A DNA stretch of 64,000 nt from the human T2T-CHM13v2.0 reference genome, Homo sapiens. Where the stretch lies: the NCBI RefSeq assembly GCF_009914755.1, contig NC_060938.1; one strand, written 5' to 3'. Positions 1-13,000 of the stretch are shown piece by piece. The notes beneath the pieces are model-generated. The model saw only the letters and a list, made by a program, of their open reading frames with translations. It was not told the DNA's origin and ran no database searches. The translations under genes were made by a program, and so were the position numbers. How positions within the stretch are numbered: position 1 is the stretch's first letter; every line of letters starts with the position of its first letter.

Positions 1-26
1 TGCTGCTGTCTACTTTTTATACGTAA

Positions 27-43
27 TCCCGTTTCCAACGAAA
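27..43 (-). promoter_or_regulatory. CENP-B box 1 of the HOR (recurs every 1364 bp)
   Basis: The + strand TCCCGTTTCCAACGAAA is the reverse complement of TTTCGTTGGAAACGGGA, matching the consensus YTTCGTTGGAARCGGGA. Confidence 0.97.
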
Positions 44-197
44 TCCTCCAAGCTATCCAAATATCCACTTGCAGATTCCACAGAAAGACTGTTTCAAAAC
101 TGCTCTGTCAATAGAAAGATTCAACTCCGTTAGCTGCGTGCATATATCCCAAAGAAGATTCTGAGATTGCTTCTGTCTAGTTTTTATGGGAAGATAT

Positions 198-214
198 TTC
201 CCTTTTCACCGTAG
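198..214 (-). promoter_or_regulatory. pJalpha/A-box-like motif of A-type monomers (homologues at 540, 882 and 1224 of each HOR)
   Basis: TTCCCTTTTCACCGTAG sits 171 bp from the CENP-B box at the equivalent monomer position. It is one mismatch from the reverse complement of the pJalpha consensus CTAYGGTGRAAAAGGAA as I recall it. Confidence 0.75.
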
Positions 215-368
215 GTGTCAAGGCGCTCCAAATGTCCACTTCCAGATACTACAAAAAGAGTGTTTCAAACCTACTCTGTGAAAGGGAATATTCAACTCTG
301 TGACTTGAATGCACATATCACAAAGAAGTTTCTGAGAATGCTTCTGTCGAGATTTTATATGAAGATAT

Positions 369-385
369 TCCCGTTTCCAACGAAA
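369..385 (-). promoter_or_regulatory. CENP-B box 2 of the HOR (recurs every 1364 bp)
   Basis: TCCCGTTTCCAACGAAA, 342 bp after box 1. Confidence 0.97.
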
Positions 386-710
386 TCCTGAAATGTATCC
401 AAATATCCCCTCGCAGATTCTACAAAAAGAGTGTTTCAAAACTGCTCTGTAAAAAGAAAGGTTCAACTCTGTTAGTTGAGTACACACATCACAAACAAGT
501 TTCACACAATGCTTCTTTCTAGCTTGTAGGGGAAGATATTCCCTTTATCACCATGGGCCTCAAACCGTCTGAAACGTCCACTTCCATATACTACAAAAAG
601 AGCGATTCAAACCTGCTCTATGAAAGGCAATGTTCAACTCTGTGACTTGAATGCAGACATCACAGAGCAGTTTCTGAGAATGCTTCTGTCTAGATTTTAT
701 AGGAAGATAT

Positions 711-727
711 TCCCGTTTCCAACGAAA
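711..727 (-). promoter_or_regulatory. CENP-B box 3 of the HOR (recurs every 1364 bp)
   Basis: TCCCGTTTCCAACGAAA, 342 bp after box 2. Confidence 0.97.
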
Positions 728-1052
728 TCTTCACAGCTATCCAAATATCCACTTGCAGATTCTACAAAAAGAGTGTATCAAAACTGCTCTGTCAAAAGGA
801 AGGTTCTTCTCTGTTAGGTGAGTGCATACGTCATAAAGGAGTTTCTGAGAATGTTTCTGTCTAGTGGTTATGGGAAGATATTTGCTTTTTCACGGTAGGC
901 CTCAGAGCGCTCCAAATATCCACTTGCACATACTACAAAAAGAGTGCTTCAAAGCTGCTCTCTGAAACGGAATGTTCAACTCTACGAGTTGAATGCAAAC
1001 ATCACAAAGACGTTTCTGAGAATGCTTCTGTCTAGATTTGATATGAAGATAT

Positions 1053-1069
1053 TCCCGTTTCCAACGAAA
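1053..1069 (-). promoter_or_regulatory. CENP-B box 4 of the HOR (recurs every 1364 bp)
   Basis: TCCCGTTTCCAACGAAA, 342 bp after box 3 and 338 bp before the next box 1. Confidence 0.97.
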
Positions 1070-4000
1070 TCTTCAAATCTATCCAAAGGTCCACTTGCAG
1101 ATTCAACAAAAAGTGTTTTTCAGAACTGCTCTATCAAAAGAAAGATCCACCTCTGTTAGCTGAGTTCACACATCACAAACAAGTTTATGAGAATGCTTCT
1201 GTCTAGTTTTTATTTGAAGATATTTCCTTTCTCACCATAGAGCTGAAAGCTGTCCTAATGTTCACTTCCAGATACTACAGAAAGAGTGCTTCAAAACTGC
1301 TGTACGAAAGGGAAGGTTCAACTCTGTGACTTGAATGCACACATCACAAAGAAGTTTCTGAGGATGCTGCTGTCTACTTTTTATACGTAATCCCGTTTCC
1401 AACGAAATCCTCCAAGCTATCCAAATATCCACTTGCAGATTCCACAGAAAGACTGTTTCAAAACGGCTCTGTCAATAGAAAGGTTCAACTCTGTTAGCTG
1501 CGTGCATATATCCCAAAGAAGATTCTGAGATTGCTTCTGTCTAGTTTTTATGGGAAGATATTTCCCTTTTCACCTTAGGTGTCAAGGCGCTCCAAATGTC
1601 CACTTCCAGATACTACAAAAAGAGTGTTTCAAACCTACTCTGTGAAAGGGAATATTCAACTCTGTGACTTGAATGCACATATCACAAGGAAGTTTCTGAG
1701 AATGCTTCTGTCGAGATTTTATATGAAGATATTCCCGTTTCCAACGAAATGCTGAAATGTATCCAAATATCCGCTCGCAGATTCTACAAAAAGAGTGTTT
1801 CAAAACTGCTCTGTAAAAAGAAAGGTTCAACTCTGTTAGTTGAGTACACACATCACAAACAAGTTTCACAGAATGCTTCTTTCTAGCTTGTAGGGGAAGA
1901 TATTCCCTTTATCACCATGGGCCTCCAACCGTCCGAAACATCCACTTCCATATACTACAAAAAGAGCGTTTCAAACCTGCTCTATGAAAGGCAATGTTCA
2001 ACTCTGTGACTTGAATGCAGACATCACAGAGCAGTTTCTGAGAATGCTTCTGTCTAGATTTTATAGGAAGATATTCCAGTTTCCAACGAAATCTTCACAG
2101 CTATCCAAATATCCACTTGCAGATTCTACAAAAAGAGTGTATCAAAACTGCTCTGTCAAAAGGAAGGTTCTTCTCTGTTAGGTGAGTGCATACGTCATAA
2201 AGGAGTTTCTGAGAATGTTTCTGTCTAGTGGTTATCGGAAGATATTTGCTTTTTCACCGTAGGCCTCAGAGCGCTCCAAATATCCACTTGCACATACTAC
2301 AAAAAGAGTGCTTCAAAGCTGCTCTCTGAAACGGAATGTTCAACTCTATGAGTTGAATGCAAACATCACAAAGACGTTTCTGAGAATGCTTGTGTCTAGA
2401 TTTGATATGAAGATATTCCCGTTTCCAACGAAATCTTCAAATCTATCCAAATGTCCACTTGCAGATTCAACAAAAAGTGTTTTTCAGAACTGCTCTATCA
2501 AAAGAAAGATCCACCTCTGTTAGCTGAGTTCACATATCACAAACAAGTTTATGAGAATGCTTCTGTCTAGTTTTTATTTGAAGATATTTCCTTTCTCACC
2601 ATAGACCTGAAAGCTGTCCTAATGTTCACTTCCAGATACTACAGAAAGAGTGTTTCAAAACTGCTGTACGAAAGGGAATGTTCAACTCTGTGACTTGAAT
2701 GCACACATCACAAAGAAGTTTCTGAGGATGCTGCTGTCTACTTTTTATACGTAATCCCGTTTCCAACGAAATCCTCCAAGCTATCCAAATATCCACTTGC
2801 AGATTCCACAGAAAGACTGTTTCAAAACTGCTCTGTCAATAGAAAGGTTCAACTCTGTTAGCTGCGTGCATATATCCCAAAGAAGATTCTGAGATTGCTT
2901 CTGTCTAGTTTTTATGGGAAGATATTTCCCTTTTCACCGTAGGCGTCAAGGCGCTCCAAATGTCCACTTCCAGATACTACAAAAAGAGTGTTTCAAACCT
3001 ACTCTGTGAAAGGGAATATTCAACTCTGTGACTTGAATGCACATATCACAAGGAAGTTTCTGAGAATGCTTCTGTCGAGATTTTATATGAAGATATTCCC
3101 GTTTCCAACGAAATCCTGAAATCTATCCAAATATCCCCTCGCAGATTCTACAAAAAGAGTGTTTCAAAACTGCTCTGTGAAAAGAAAGGTTCAACTCTGT
3201 TAGTTGAGTACACACATCACAAACAAGTTTCACAGAATGCTTCTTTCTAGCTTGTAGGGGAAGATATTCCCTTTATCACCATGGGCCTCCAACCGTCCGA
3301 AACATCCACTTCCATATACTACAAAAAGAGCGTTTCAAACCTGCTCTATGAAAGGCAATGTTCAACTCTGTGACTTGAATGCAGACATCACAGAGCAGTT
3401 TCTGAGAATGCTTCTGTCTAGATTTTATAGGAAGATATTCCCGTTTCCAACGAAATCTTCACAGCTATCCAAATATCCACTTGCAGATTCTACAAAAAGA
3501 GTGTATCAAAACTGCTCTGTCAAAAGGAAGGTTCTTTTCTGTTAGGTGAGTGCATACGTCATAAAGGAGTTTCTGAGAATGTTTCTGTCTAGTGGTTATG
3601 GGAAGATATTTGCTTTTTCACCGTAGGCCTCAGAGCGCTCCAAATATCCACTTGCACATACTACAAAAAGAGTGCCTCAAAGCTGCTCTCTGAAACGGAA
3701 TGTTCAACTCTATGAGTTGAATGCAAACATCGCAAAGACGTTTCTGAGAATGCTTCTGTCTAGATTTGATATGAAGATATTCCCGTTTCCAACGAAATCT
3801 TCAAATCTATCCAAATGTCCACTTGCAGATTCAACAAAAAGTGTTTTTCAGAACTGCTCTATCAAAAGAAAGATCCACCTCTGTTAGCTGAGTTCACACA
3901 TCACAAACAAGTTTATGAGAATGCTTCTGTCTAGTTTTTATTTGAAGATATTTCCTTTCTCACCATAGAGCTGAAAGCTGTCCTAATGTTCACTTCCAGA

Positions 4001-7000
4001 TACTACAGAAAGAGTGCTTCAAAACTGCTGTACGAAAGGGAAGGTTCAACTCTGTGACTTGAATGCACACATCACAAAGAAGTTTCTGAGGATGCTGCTG
4101 TCTACTTTTTATACGTAATCCCGTTTCCAACGAAATCCTCCAAGCTATCCAAATATCCACTTGCAGATTCCACAGAAAGACTGTTTCAAAACGGCTCTGT
4201 CAATAGAAAGGTTCAACTCTGTTAGCTGCGTGCATATATCCCAAAGAAGATTCTGAGATTGCTTCTGTCTAGTTTTTATGGGAAGATATTTCCCTTTTCA
4301 CCGTAGGTGTCAAGGCGCTCCAAATGTCCACTTCCAGATACTACAAAAAGAGTGTTTCAAACCTACTCTGTGAAAGGGAATATTCAACTCTGTGACTTGA
4401 ATGCACATATCACAAGGAAGTTTCTGAGAATGCTTCTGTCGAGATTTTATATGAAGATATTCCCGTTTCCAATGAAATGCTGAAATGTATCCAAATATCC
4501 CCTCGCAGATTCTACAAAAAGAGTGTTTCAAAACTGCTCTGTAAAAAGAAAGGTTCAACTCTGTTAGTTGAGTACACACATCACAAACAAGTTTCACAGA
4601 ATGCTTCTTTCTAGCTTGTAGGGGAAGATATTCCCTTTATCACCATGGGCCTCCAACCGTCCGAAACATCCACTTCCATATACTACAAAAAGAGCGTTTC
4701 AAACCTGCTCTATGAAAGGCAATGTTCAACTCTGTGACTTGAATGCAGACATCACAGAGCAGTTTCTGAGAATGCTTCTGTCTAGATTTTATAGGAAGAT
4801 ATTCCAGTTTCCAACGAAATCTTCACAGCTATCCAAATATCCACTTGCAGATTCTACAAAAAGAGTGTATCAAAACTGCTCTGTCAAAAGGAAGGTTCTT
4901 CTCTGTTAGGTGAGTGCATACGTCATAAAGGAGTTTCTGAGAATGTTTCTGTCTAGTGGTTATCGGAAGATATTTGCTTTTTCACCGTAGGCCTCAGAGC
5001 GCTCCAAATATCCACTTGCACATACTACAAAAAGAGTGCTTCAAATCTGGTCTCTGAAACGGAATGTTCAACTCTATGAGTTGAATGCAAACATCACAAA
5101 GACGTTTCTGAGAATGCTTCTGTCTAGATTTGATATGAAGATATTCCCGTTTCCAACGAAATCTTCAAATCTATCCAAATGTCCACTTGCAGATTCAACA
5201 AAAAGTGTTTTTCAGAACTGCTCTATCAAAAGAAAGATCCACCTCTGTTAGCTGAGTTCACACATCACAAACAAGTTTATGAGAATGCTTCTGTCTAGTT
5301 TTTATTTGAAGATATTTCCTTTCTCACCATAGAGCTGAAAGCTGTCCTAATGTTCACTTCCAGATACTACAGAAAGAGTGTTTCAAAACTGCTGTACGAA
5401 AGGGAATGTTCAACTCTGTGACTTGAATGCACACATCACAAAGAAGTTTCTGAGGATGCTGCTGTCTACTTTTTATACGTAATCCCGTTTCCAACGAAAT
5501 CCTCCAAGCTATCCAAATATCCACTTGCAGATTCCACAGAAAGACTGTTTCAAAACTGCTCTGTCAATAGAAAGGTTCAACTCTGTTAGCTGCGTGCATA
5601 TATCCCAAAGAAGATTCTGAGATTGCTTCTGTCTAGTTTTTATGGGAAGATATTTCCCTTTTCACCGTAGGTGTCAAGGCGCTCCAAATGTCCACTTCCA
5701 GATACTACAAAAAGAGTGTTTCAAACCTACTCTGTGAAAGGGAATATTCAACTCTGTGACTTGAATGCACATATCACAAAGAAGTTTCTGAGAATGCTTC
5801 TGTCGAGATTTTATATGAAGATATTCCCGTTTCCAACGAAATCCTGAAATCTATCCAAATATCCCCTCGCAGATTCTACAAAAAGAGTGTTTCAAAACTG
5901 CTCTGTGAAAAGAAAGGTTCAACTCTGTTAGTTGAGTACACACATCACAAACAAGTTTCACAGAATGCTTCTTTCTAGCTTGTAGGGGAAGATATTCCCT
6001 TTATCACCATGGGCCTCCAACCGTCCGAAACATCCACTTCCATATACTACAAAAAGAGCGTTTCAAACCTGCTCTATGAAAGGCAATGTTCAACTCTGTG
6101 ACTTGAATGCAGACATCACAGAGCAGTTTCTGAGAATGCTTCTGTCTAGATTTTATAGGAAGATATTCCCGTTTCCAACGAAATCTTCACAGCTATCCAA
6201 ATATCCACTTGCAGATTCTACAAAAAGAGTGTATCAAAACTGCTCTGTCAAAAGGAAGGTTCTTCTCTGTTAGGTGAGTGCATACGTCATAAAGGAGTTT
6301 CTGAGAATGTTTCTGTCTAGTGGTTATGGGAAGATATTTGCTTTTTCACCGTAGGCCTCAGAGCGCTCCAAATATCCACTTGCACATACTACAAAAAGAG
6401 TGCTTCAAAGCTGGTCTCTGAAACGGAATGTTCAACTCTATGAGTTGAATGCAAACATCACAAAGACGTTTCTGAGAATGCTTCTGTCTAGATTTGATAT
6501 GAAGATATTCCCGTTTCCAACGAAATCTTCAAATCTATCCAAATGTCCACTTGCAGATTCAACAAAAAGTGTTTTTCAGAACTGCTCTATCAAAAGAAAG
6601 ATCCACCTCTGTTAGCTGAGTTCACACATCACAAACAAGTTTATGAGAATGCTTCCGTCTAGTTTTTATTTGAAGATATTTCCTTTCTCACCATAGAGCT
6701 GAAAGCTGTCCTAATGTTCACTTCCAGATACTACAGAAAGAGTGTTTCAAAACTGCTGTACGAAAGGGAATGTTCAACTCTGTGACTTGAATGCACACAT
6801 CACAAAGAAGTTTCTGAGGATGCTGCTGTCTACTTTTTATACGTAATCCCGTTTCCAACGAAATCCTCCAAGCTATCCAAATATCCACTTGCAGATTCCA
6901 CAGAAAGACTGTTTCAAAACTGCTCTGTCAATAGAAAGATTCAACTCCGTTAGCTGCGTGCATATATCCCAAAGAAGATTCTGAGATTGCTTCTGTCTAG

Positions 7001-10000
7001 TTTTTATGGGAAGATATTTCCCTTTTCACCGTAGGTGTCAAGGCGCTCCAAATGTCCACTTCCAGATACTACAAAAAGAGTGTTTCAAACCTACTCTGTG
7101 AAAGGGAATATTCAACTCTGTGACTTGAATGCACATATCACAAAGAAGTTTCTGAGAATGCTTCTGTCGAGATTTTATATGAAGATATTCCCGTTTCCAA
7201 CGAAATCCTGAAATGTATCCAAATATCCCCTCGCAGATTCTACAAAAAGAGTGTTTCAAAACTGCTCTGTAAAAAGAAAGGTTCAACTCTGTTAGTTGAG
7301 TACACACATCACAAACAAGTTTCACACAATGCTTCTTTCTAGCTTGTAGGGGAAGATATTCCCTTTATCACCATGGGCCTCAAACCGTCTGAAACGTCCA
7401 CTTCCATATACTACAAAAAGAGCGATTCAAACCTGCTCTATGAAAGGCAATGTTCAACTCTGTGACTTGAATGCAGACATCACAGAGCAGTTTCTGAGAA
7501 TGCTTCTGTCTAGATTTTATAGGAAGATATTCCCGTTTCCAACGAAATCTTCACAGCTATCCAAATATCCACTTGCAGATTCTACAAAAAGAGTGTATCA
7601 AAACTGCTCTGTCAAAAGGAAGGTTCTTCTCTGTTAGGTGAGTGCATACGTCATAAAGGAGTTTCTGAGAATGTTTCTGTCTAGTGGTTATGGGAAGATA
7701 TTTGCTTTTTCACGGTAGGCCTCAGAGCGCTCCAAATATCCACTTGCACATACTACAAAAAGAGTGCTTCAAAGCTGCTCTCTGAAACGGAATGTTCAAC
7801 TCTACGAGTTGAATGCAAACATCACAAAGACGTTTCTGAGAATGCTTCTGTCTAGATTTGATATGAAGATATTCCCGTTTCCAACGAAATCTTCAAATCT
7901 ATCCAAAGGTCCACTTGCAGATTCAACAAAAAGTGTTTTTCAGAACTGCTCTATCAAAAGAAAGATCCACCTCTGTTAGCTGAGTTCACACATCACAAAC
8001 AAGTTTATGAGAATGCTTCTGTCTAGTTTTTATTTGAAGATATTTCCTTTCTCACCATAGAGCTGAAAGCTGTCCTAATGTTCACTTCCAGATACTACAG
8101 AAAGAGTGCTTCAAAACTGCTGTACGAAAGGGAAGGTTCAACTCTGTGACTTGAATGCACACATCACAAAGAAGTTTCTGAGGATGCTGCTGTCTACTTT
8201 TTATACGTAATCCCGTTTCCAACGAAATCCTCCAAGCTATCCAAATATCCACTTGCAGATTCCACAGAAAGACTGTTTCAAAACGGCTCTGTCAATAGAA
8301 AGGTTCAACTCTGTTAGCTGCGTGCATATATCCCAAAGAAGATTCTGAGATTGCTTCTGTCTAGTTTTTATGGGAAGATATTTCCCTTTTCACCGTAGGT
8401 GTCAAGGCGCTCCAAATGTCCACTTCCAGATACTACAAAAAGAGTGTTTCAAACCTACTCTGTGAAAGGGAATATTCAACTCTGTGACTTGAATGCACAT
8501 ATCACAAAGAAGTTTCTGAGAATGCTTCTGTCGAGATTTTATATGAAGATATTCCCGTTTCCAACGAAATCCTGAAATGTATCCAAATATCCCCTCGCAG
8601 ATTCTACAAAAAGAGTGTTTCAAAACTGCTCTGTGAAAAGAAAGGTTCAACTCTGTTAGTTGAGTACACACATCACAAACAAGTTTCACAGAATGCTTCT
8701 TTCTAGCTTGTAGGGGAAGATATTCCCTTTATCACCATGGGCCTCCAACCGTCCGAAACATCCACTTCCATATACTACAAAAAGAGCGTTTCAAACCTGC
8801 TCTATGAAAGGCAATGTTCAACTCTGTGACTTGAATGCAGACATCACAGAGCAGTTTCTGAGAATGCTTCTGTCTAGATTTTATAGGAAGATATTCCCGT
8901 TTCCAACGAAATCTTCACAGCTATCCAAATATCCACTTGCAGATTCTACAAAAAGAGTGTATCAAAACTGCTCTGTCAAAAGGAAGGTTCTTCTCTGTTA
9001 GGTGAGTGCATACGTCATAAAGGAGTTTCTGAGAATGTTTCTGTCTAGTGGTTATGGGAAGATATTTGCTTTTTCACCGTAGGCCTCAGAGCGCTCCAAA
9101 TATCCACTTGCACATACTACAAAAAGAGTGCTTCAAAGCTGGTCTCTGAAACGGAATGTTCAACTCTATGAGTTGAATGCAAACATCACAAAGACGTTTC
9201 TGAGAATGCTTCTGTCTAGATTTGATATGAAGATATTCCCGTTTCCAACGAAATCTTCAAATCTATCCAAATGTCCACTTGCAGATTCAACAAAAAGTGT
9301 TTTTCAGAACTGCTCTATCAAAAGAAAGATCCACCTCTGTTAGCTGAGTTCACACATCACAAACAAGTTTATGAGAATGCTTCTGTCTAGTTTTTATTTG
9401 AAGATATTTCCTTTCTCACCATAGAGCTGAAAGCTGTCCTAATGTTCACTTCCAGATACTACAGAAAGAGTGCTTCAAAACTGCTGTACGAAAGGGAAGG
9501 TTCAACTCTGTGACTTGAATGCACACATCACAAAGAAGTTTCTGAGGATGCTGCTGTCTACTTTTTATACGTAATCCCGTTTCCAACGAAATCCTCCAAG
9601 CTATCCAAATATCCACTTGCAGATTCCACAGAAAGACTGTTTCAAAACGGCTCTGTCAATAGAAAGGTTCAACTCTGTTAGCTGCGTGCATATATCCCAA
9701 AGAAGATTCTGAGATTGCTTCTGTCTAGTTTTTATGGGAAGATATTTCCCTTTTCACCGTAGGTGTCAAGGCGCTCCAAATGTCCACTTCCAGATACTAC
9801 AAAAAGAGTGTTTCAAACCTACTCTGTGAAAGGGAATATTCAACTCTGTGACTTGAATGCACATATCACAAAGAAGTTTCTGAGAATGCTTCTGTCGAGA
9901 TTTTATATGAAGATATTCCCGTTTCCAACGAAATCCTGAAATGTATCCAAATATCCCCTCGCAGATTCTACAAAAAGAGTGTTTCAAAACTGCTCTGTGA

Positions 10001-13000
10001 AAAGAAAGGTTCAACTCTGTTAGTTGAGTACACACATCACAAACAAGTTTCACAGAATGCTTCTTTCTAGCTTGTAGGGGAAGATATTCCCTTTATCACC
10101 ATGGGCCTCCAACCGTCCGAAACATCCACTTCCATATACTACAAAAAGAGCGTTTCAAACCTGCTCTATGAAAGGCAATGTTCAACTCTGTGACTTGAAT
10201 GCAGACATCACAGAGCAGTTTCTGAGAATGCTTCTGTCTAGATTTTATAGGAAGATATTCCCGTTTCCAACGAAATCTTCACAGCTATCCAAATATCCAC
10301 TTGCAGATTCTACAAAAAGAGTGTATCAAAACTGCTCTGTCAAAAGGAAGGTTCTTCTCTGTTAGGTGAGTGCATACGTCATAAAGGAGTTTCTGAGAAT
10401 GTTTCTGTCTAGTGGTTATGGGAAGATATTTGCTTTTTCACCGTAGGCCTCAGAGCGCTCCAAATATCCACTTGCACATACTACAAAAAGAGTGCTTCAA
10501 AGCTGGTCTCTGAAACGGAATGTTCAACTCTATGAGTTGAATGCAAACATCACAAAGACGTTTCTGAGAATGCTTCTGTCTAGATTTGATATGAAGATAT
10601 TCCCGTTTCCAACGAAATCTTCAAATCTATCCAAATGTCCACTTGCAGATTCAACAAAAAGTGTTTTTCAGAACTGCTCTATCAAAAGAAAGATCCACCT
10701 CTGTTAGCTGAGTTCACACATCACAAACAAGTTTATGAGAATGCTTCTGTCTAGTTTTTATTTGAAGATATTTCCTTTCTCACCATAGAGCTGAAAGCTG
10801 TCCTAATGTTCACTTCCAGATACTACAGAAAGAGTGTTTCAAAACTGCTGTACGAAAGGGAATGTTCAACTCTGTGACTTGAATGCACACATCACAAAGA
10901 AGTTTCTGAGGATGCTGCTGTCTACTTTTTATACGTAATCCCGTTTCCAACGAAATCCTCCAAGCTATCCAAATATCCACTTGCAGATTCCACAGAAAGA
11001 CTGTTTCAAAACTGCTCTGTCAATAGAAAGATTCAACTCCGTTAGCTGCGTGCATATATCCCAAAGAAGATTCTGAGATTGCTTCTGTCTAGTTTTTATG
11101 GGAAGATATTTCCCTTTTCACCGTAGGTGTCAAGGCGCTCCAAATGTCCACTTCCAGATACTACAAAAAGAGTGTTTCAAACCTACTCTGTGAAAGGGAA
11201 TATTCAACTCTGTGACTTGAATGCACATATCACAAAGAAGTTTCTGAGAATGCTTCTGTCGAGATTTTATATGAAGATATTCCCGTTTCCAACGAAATCC
11301 TGAAATGTATCCAAATATCCCCTCGCAGATTCTACAAAAAGAGTGTTTCAAAACTGCTCTGTAAAAAGAAAGGTTCAACTCTGTTAGTTGAGTACACACA
11401 TCACAAACAAGTTTCACACAATGCTTCTTTCTAGCTTGTAGGGGAAGATATTCCCTTTATCACCATGGGCCTCAAACCGTCTGAAACGTCCACTTCCATA
11501 TACTACAAAAAGAGCGATTCAAACCTGCTCTATGAAAGGCAATGTTCAACTCTGTGACTTGAATGCAGACATCACAGAGCAGTTTCTGAGAATGCTTCTG
11601 TCTAGATTTTATAGGAAGATATTCCAGTTTCCAACGAAATCTTCACAGCTATCCAAATATCCACTTGCAGATTCTACAAAAAGAGTGTATCAAAACTGCT
11701 CTGTCAAAAGGAAGGTTCTTCTCTGTTAGGTGAGTGCATACGTCATAAAGGAGTTTCTGAGAATGTTTCTGTCTAGTGGTTATGGGAAGATATTTGCTTT
11801 TTCACGGTAGGCCTCAGAGCGCTCCAAATATCCACTTGCACATACTACAAAAAGAGTGCTTCAAAGCTGCTCTCTGAAACGGAATGTTCAACTCTACGAG
11901 TTGAATGCAAACATCACAAAGACGTTTCTGAGAATGCTTCTGTCTAGATTTGATATGAAGATATTCCCGTTTCCAACGAAATCTTCAAATCTATTCAAAG
12001 GTCCACTTGCAGATTCAACAAAAAGTGTTTTTCAGAACTGCTCTATCAAAAGAAAGATCCACCTCTGTTAGCTGAGTTCACACATCACAAACAAGTTTAT
12101 GAGAATGCTTCTGTCTAGTTTTTATTTGAAGATATTTCCTTTCTCACCATAGAGCTGAAAGCTGTCCTAATGTTCACTTCCAGATACTACAGAAAGAGTG
12201 CTTCAAAACTGCTGTACGAAAGGGAAGGTTCAACTCTGTGACTTGAATGCACACATCACAAAGAAGTTTCTGAGGATGCTGCTGTCTACTTTTTATACGT
12301 AATCCCGTTTCCAACGAAATCCTCCAAGCTATCCAAATATCCACTTGCAGATTCCACAGAAAGACTGTTTCAAAACGGCTCTGTCAATAGAAAGGTTCAA
12401 CTCTGTTAGCTGCGTGCATATATCCCAAAGAAGATTCTGAGATTGCTTCTGTCTAGTTTTTATGGGAAGATATTTCCCTTTTCACCGTAGGTGTCAAGGC
12501 GCTCCAAATGTCCACTTCCAGATACTACAAAAAGAGTGTTTCAAACCTACTCTGTGAAAGGGAATATTCAACTCTGTGACTTGAATGCACATATCACAAG
12601 GAAGTTTCTGAGAATGCTTCTGTCGAGATTTTATATGAAGATATTCCCGTTTCCAACGAAATGCTGAAATGTATCCAAATATCCCCTCGCAGATTCTACA
12701 AAAAGAGTGTTTCAAAACTGCTCTGTAAAAAGAAAGGTTCAACTCTGTTAGTTGAGTACACACATCACAAACAAGTTTCACAGAATGCTTCTTTCTAGCT
12801 TGTAGGGGAAGATATTCCCTTTATCACCATGGGCCTCCAACCGTCCGAAACATCCACTTCCATATACTACAAAAAGAGCGTTTCAAACCTGCTCTATGAA
12901 AGGCAATGTTCAACTCTGTGACTTGAATGCAGACATCACAGAGCAGTTTCTGAGAATGCTTCTGTCTAGATTTTATAGGAAGATATTCCAGTTTCCAACG

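Larger units (their letters stand above)
1..1364 (-). repeat. Representative HOR unit U1 (arbitrary phase): 8 monomers, 4 B-type/A-type dimers
   Basis: TGCTGCTGTCTACTTTTTATACGTAATCCCG recurs at 1, 1365, 2729 and onward. Box positions 27, 198, 369, 540, 711, 882, 1053, 1224, 1391 give spacings of 7x171 + 167. TaqI TCGA at 347, NcoI CCATGG at 551, XbaI TCTAGA at 689 and 1031. Confidence 0.97.
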
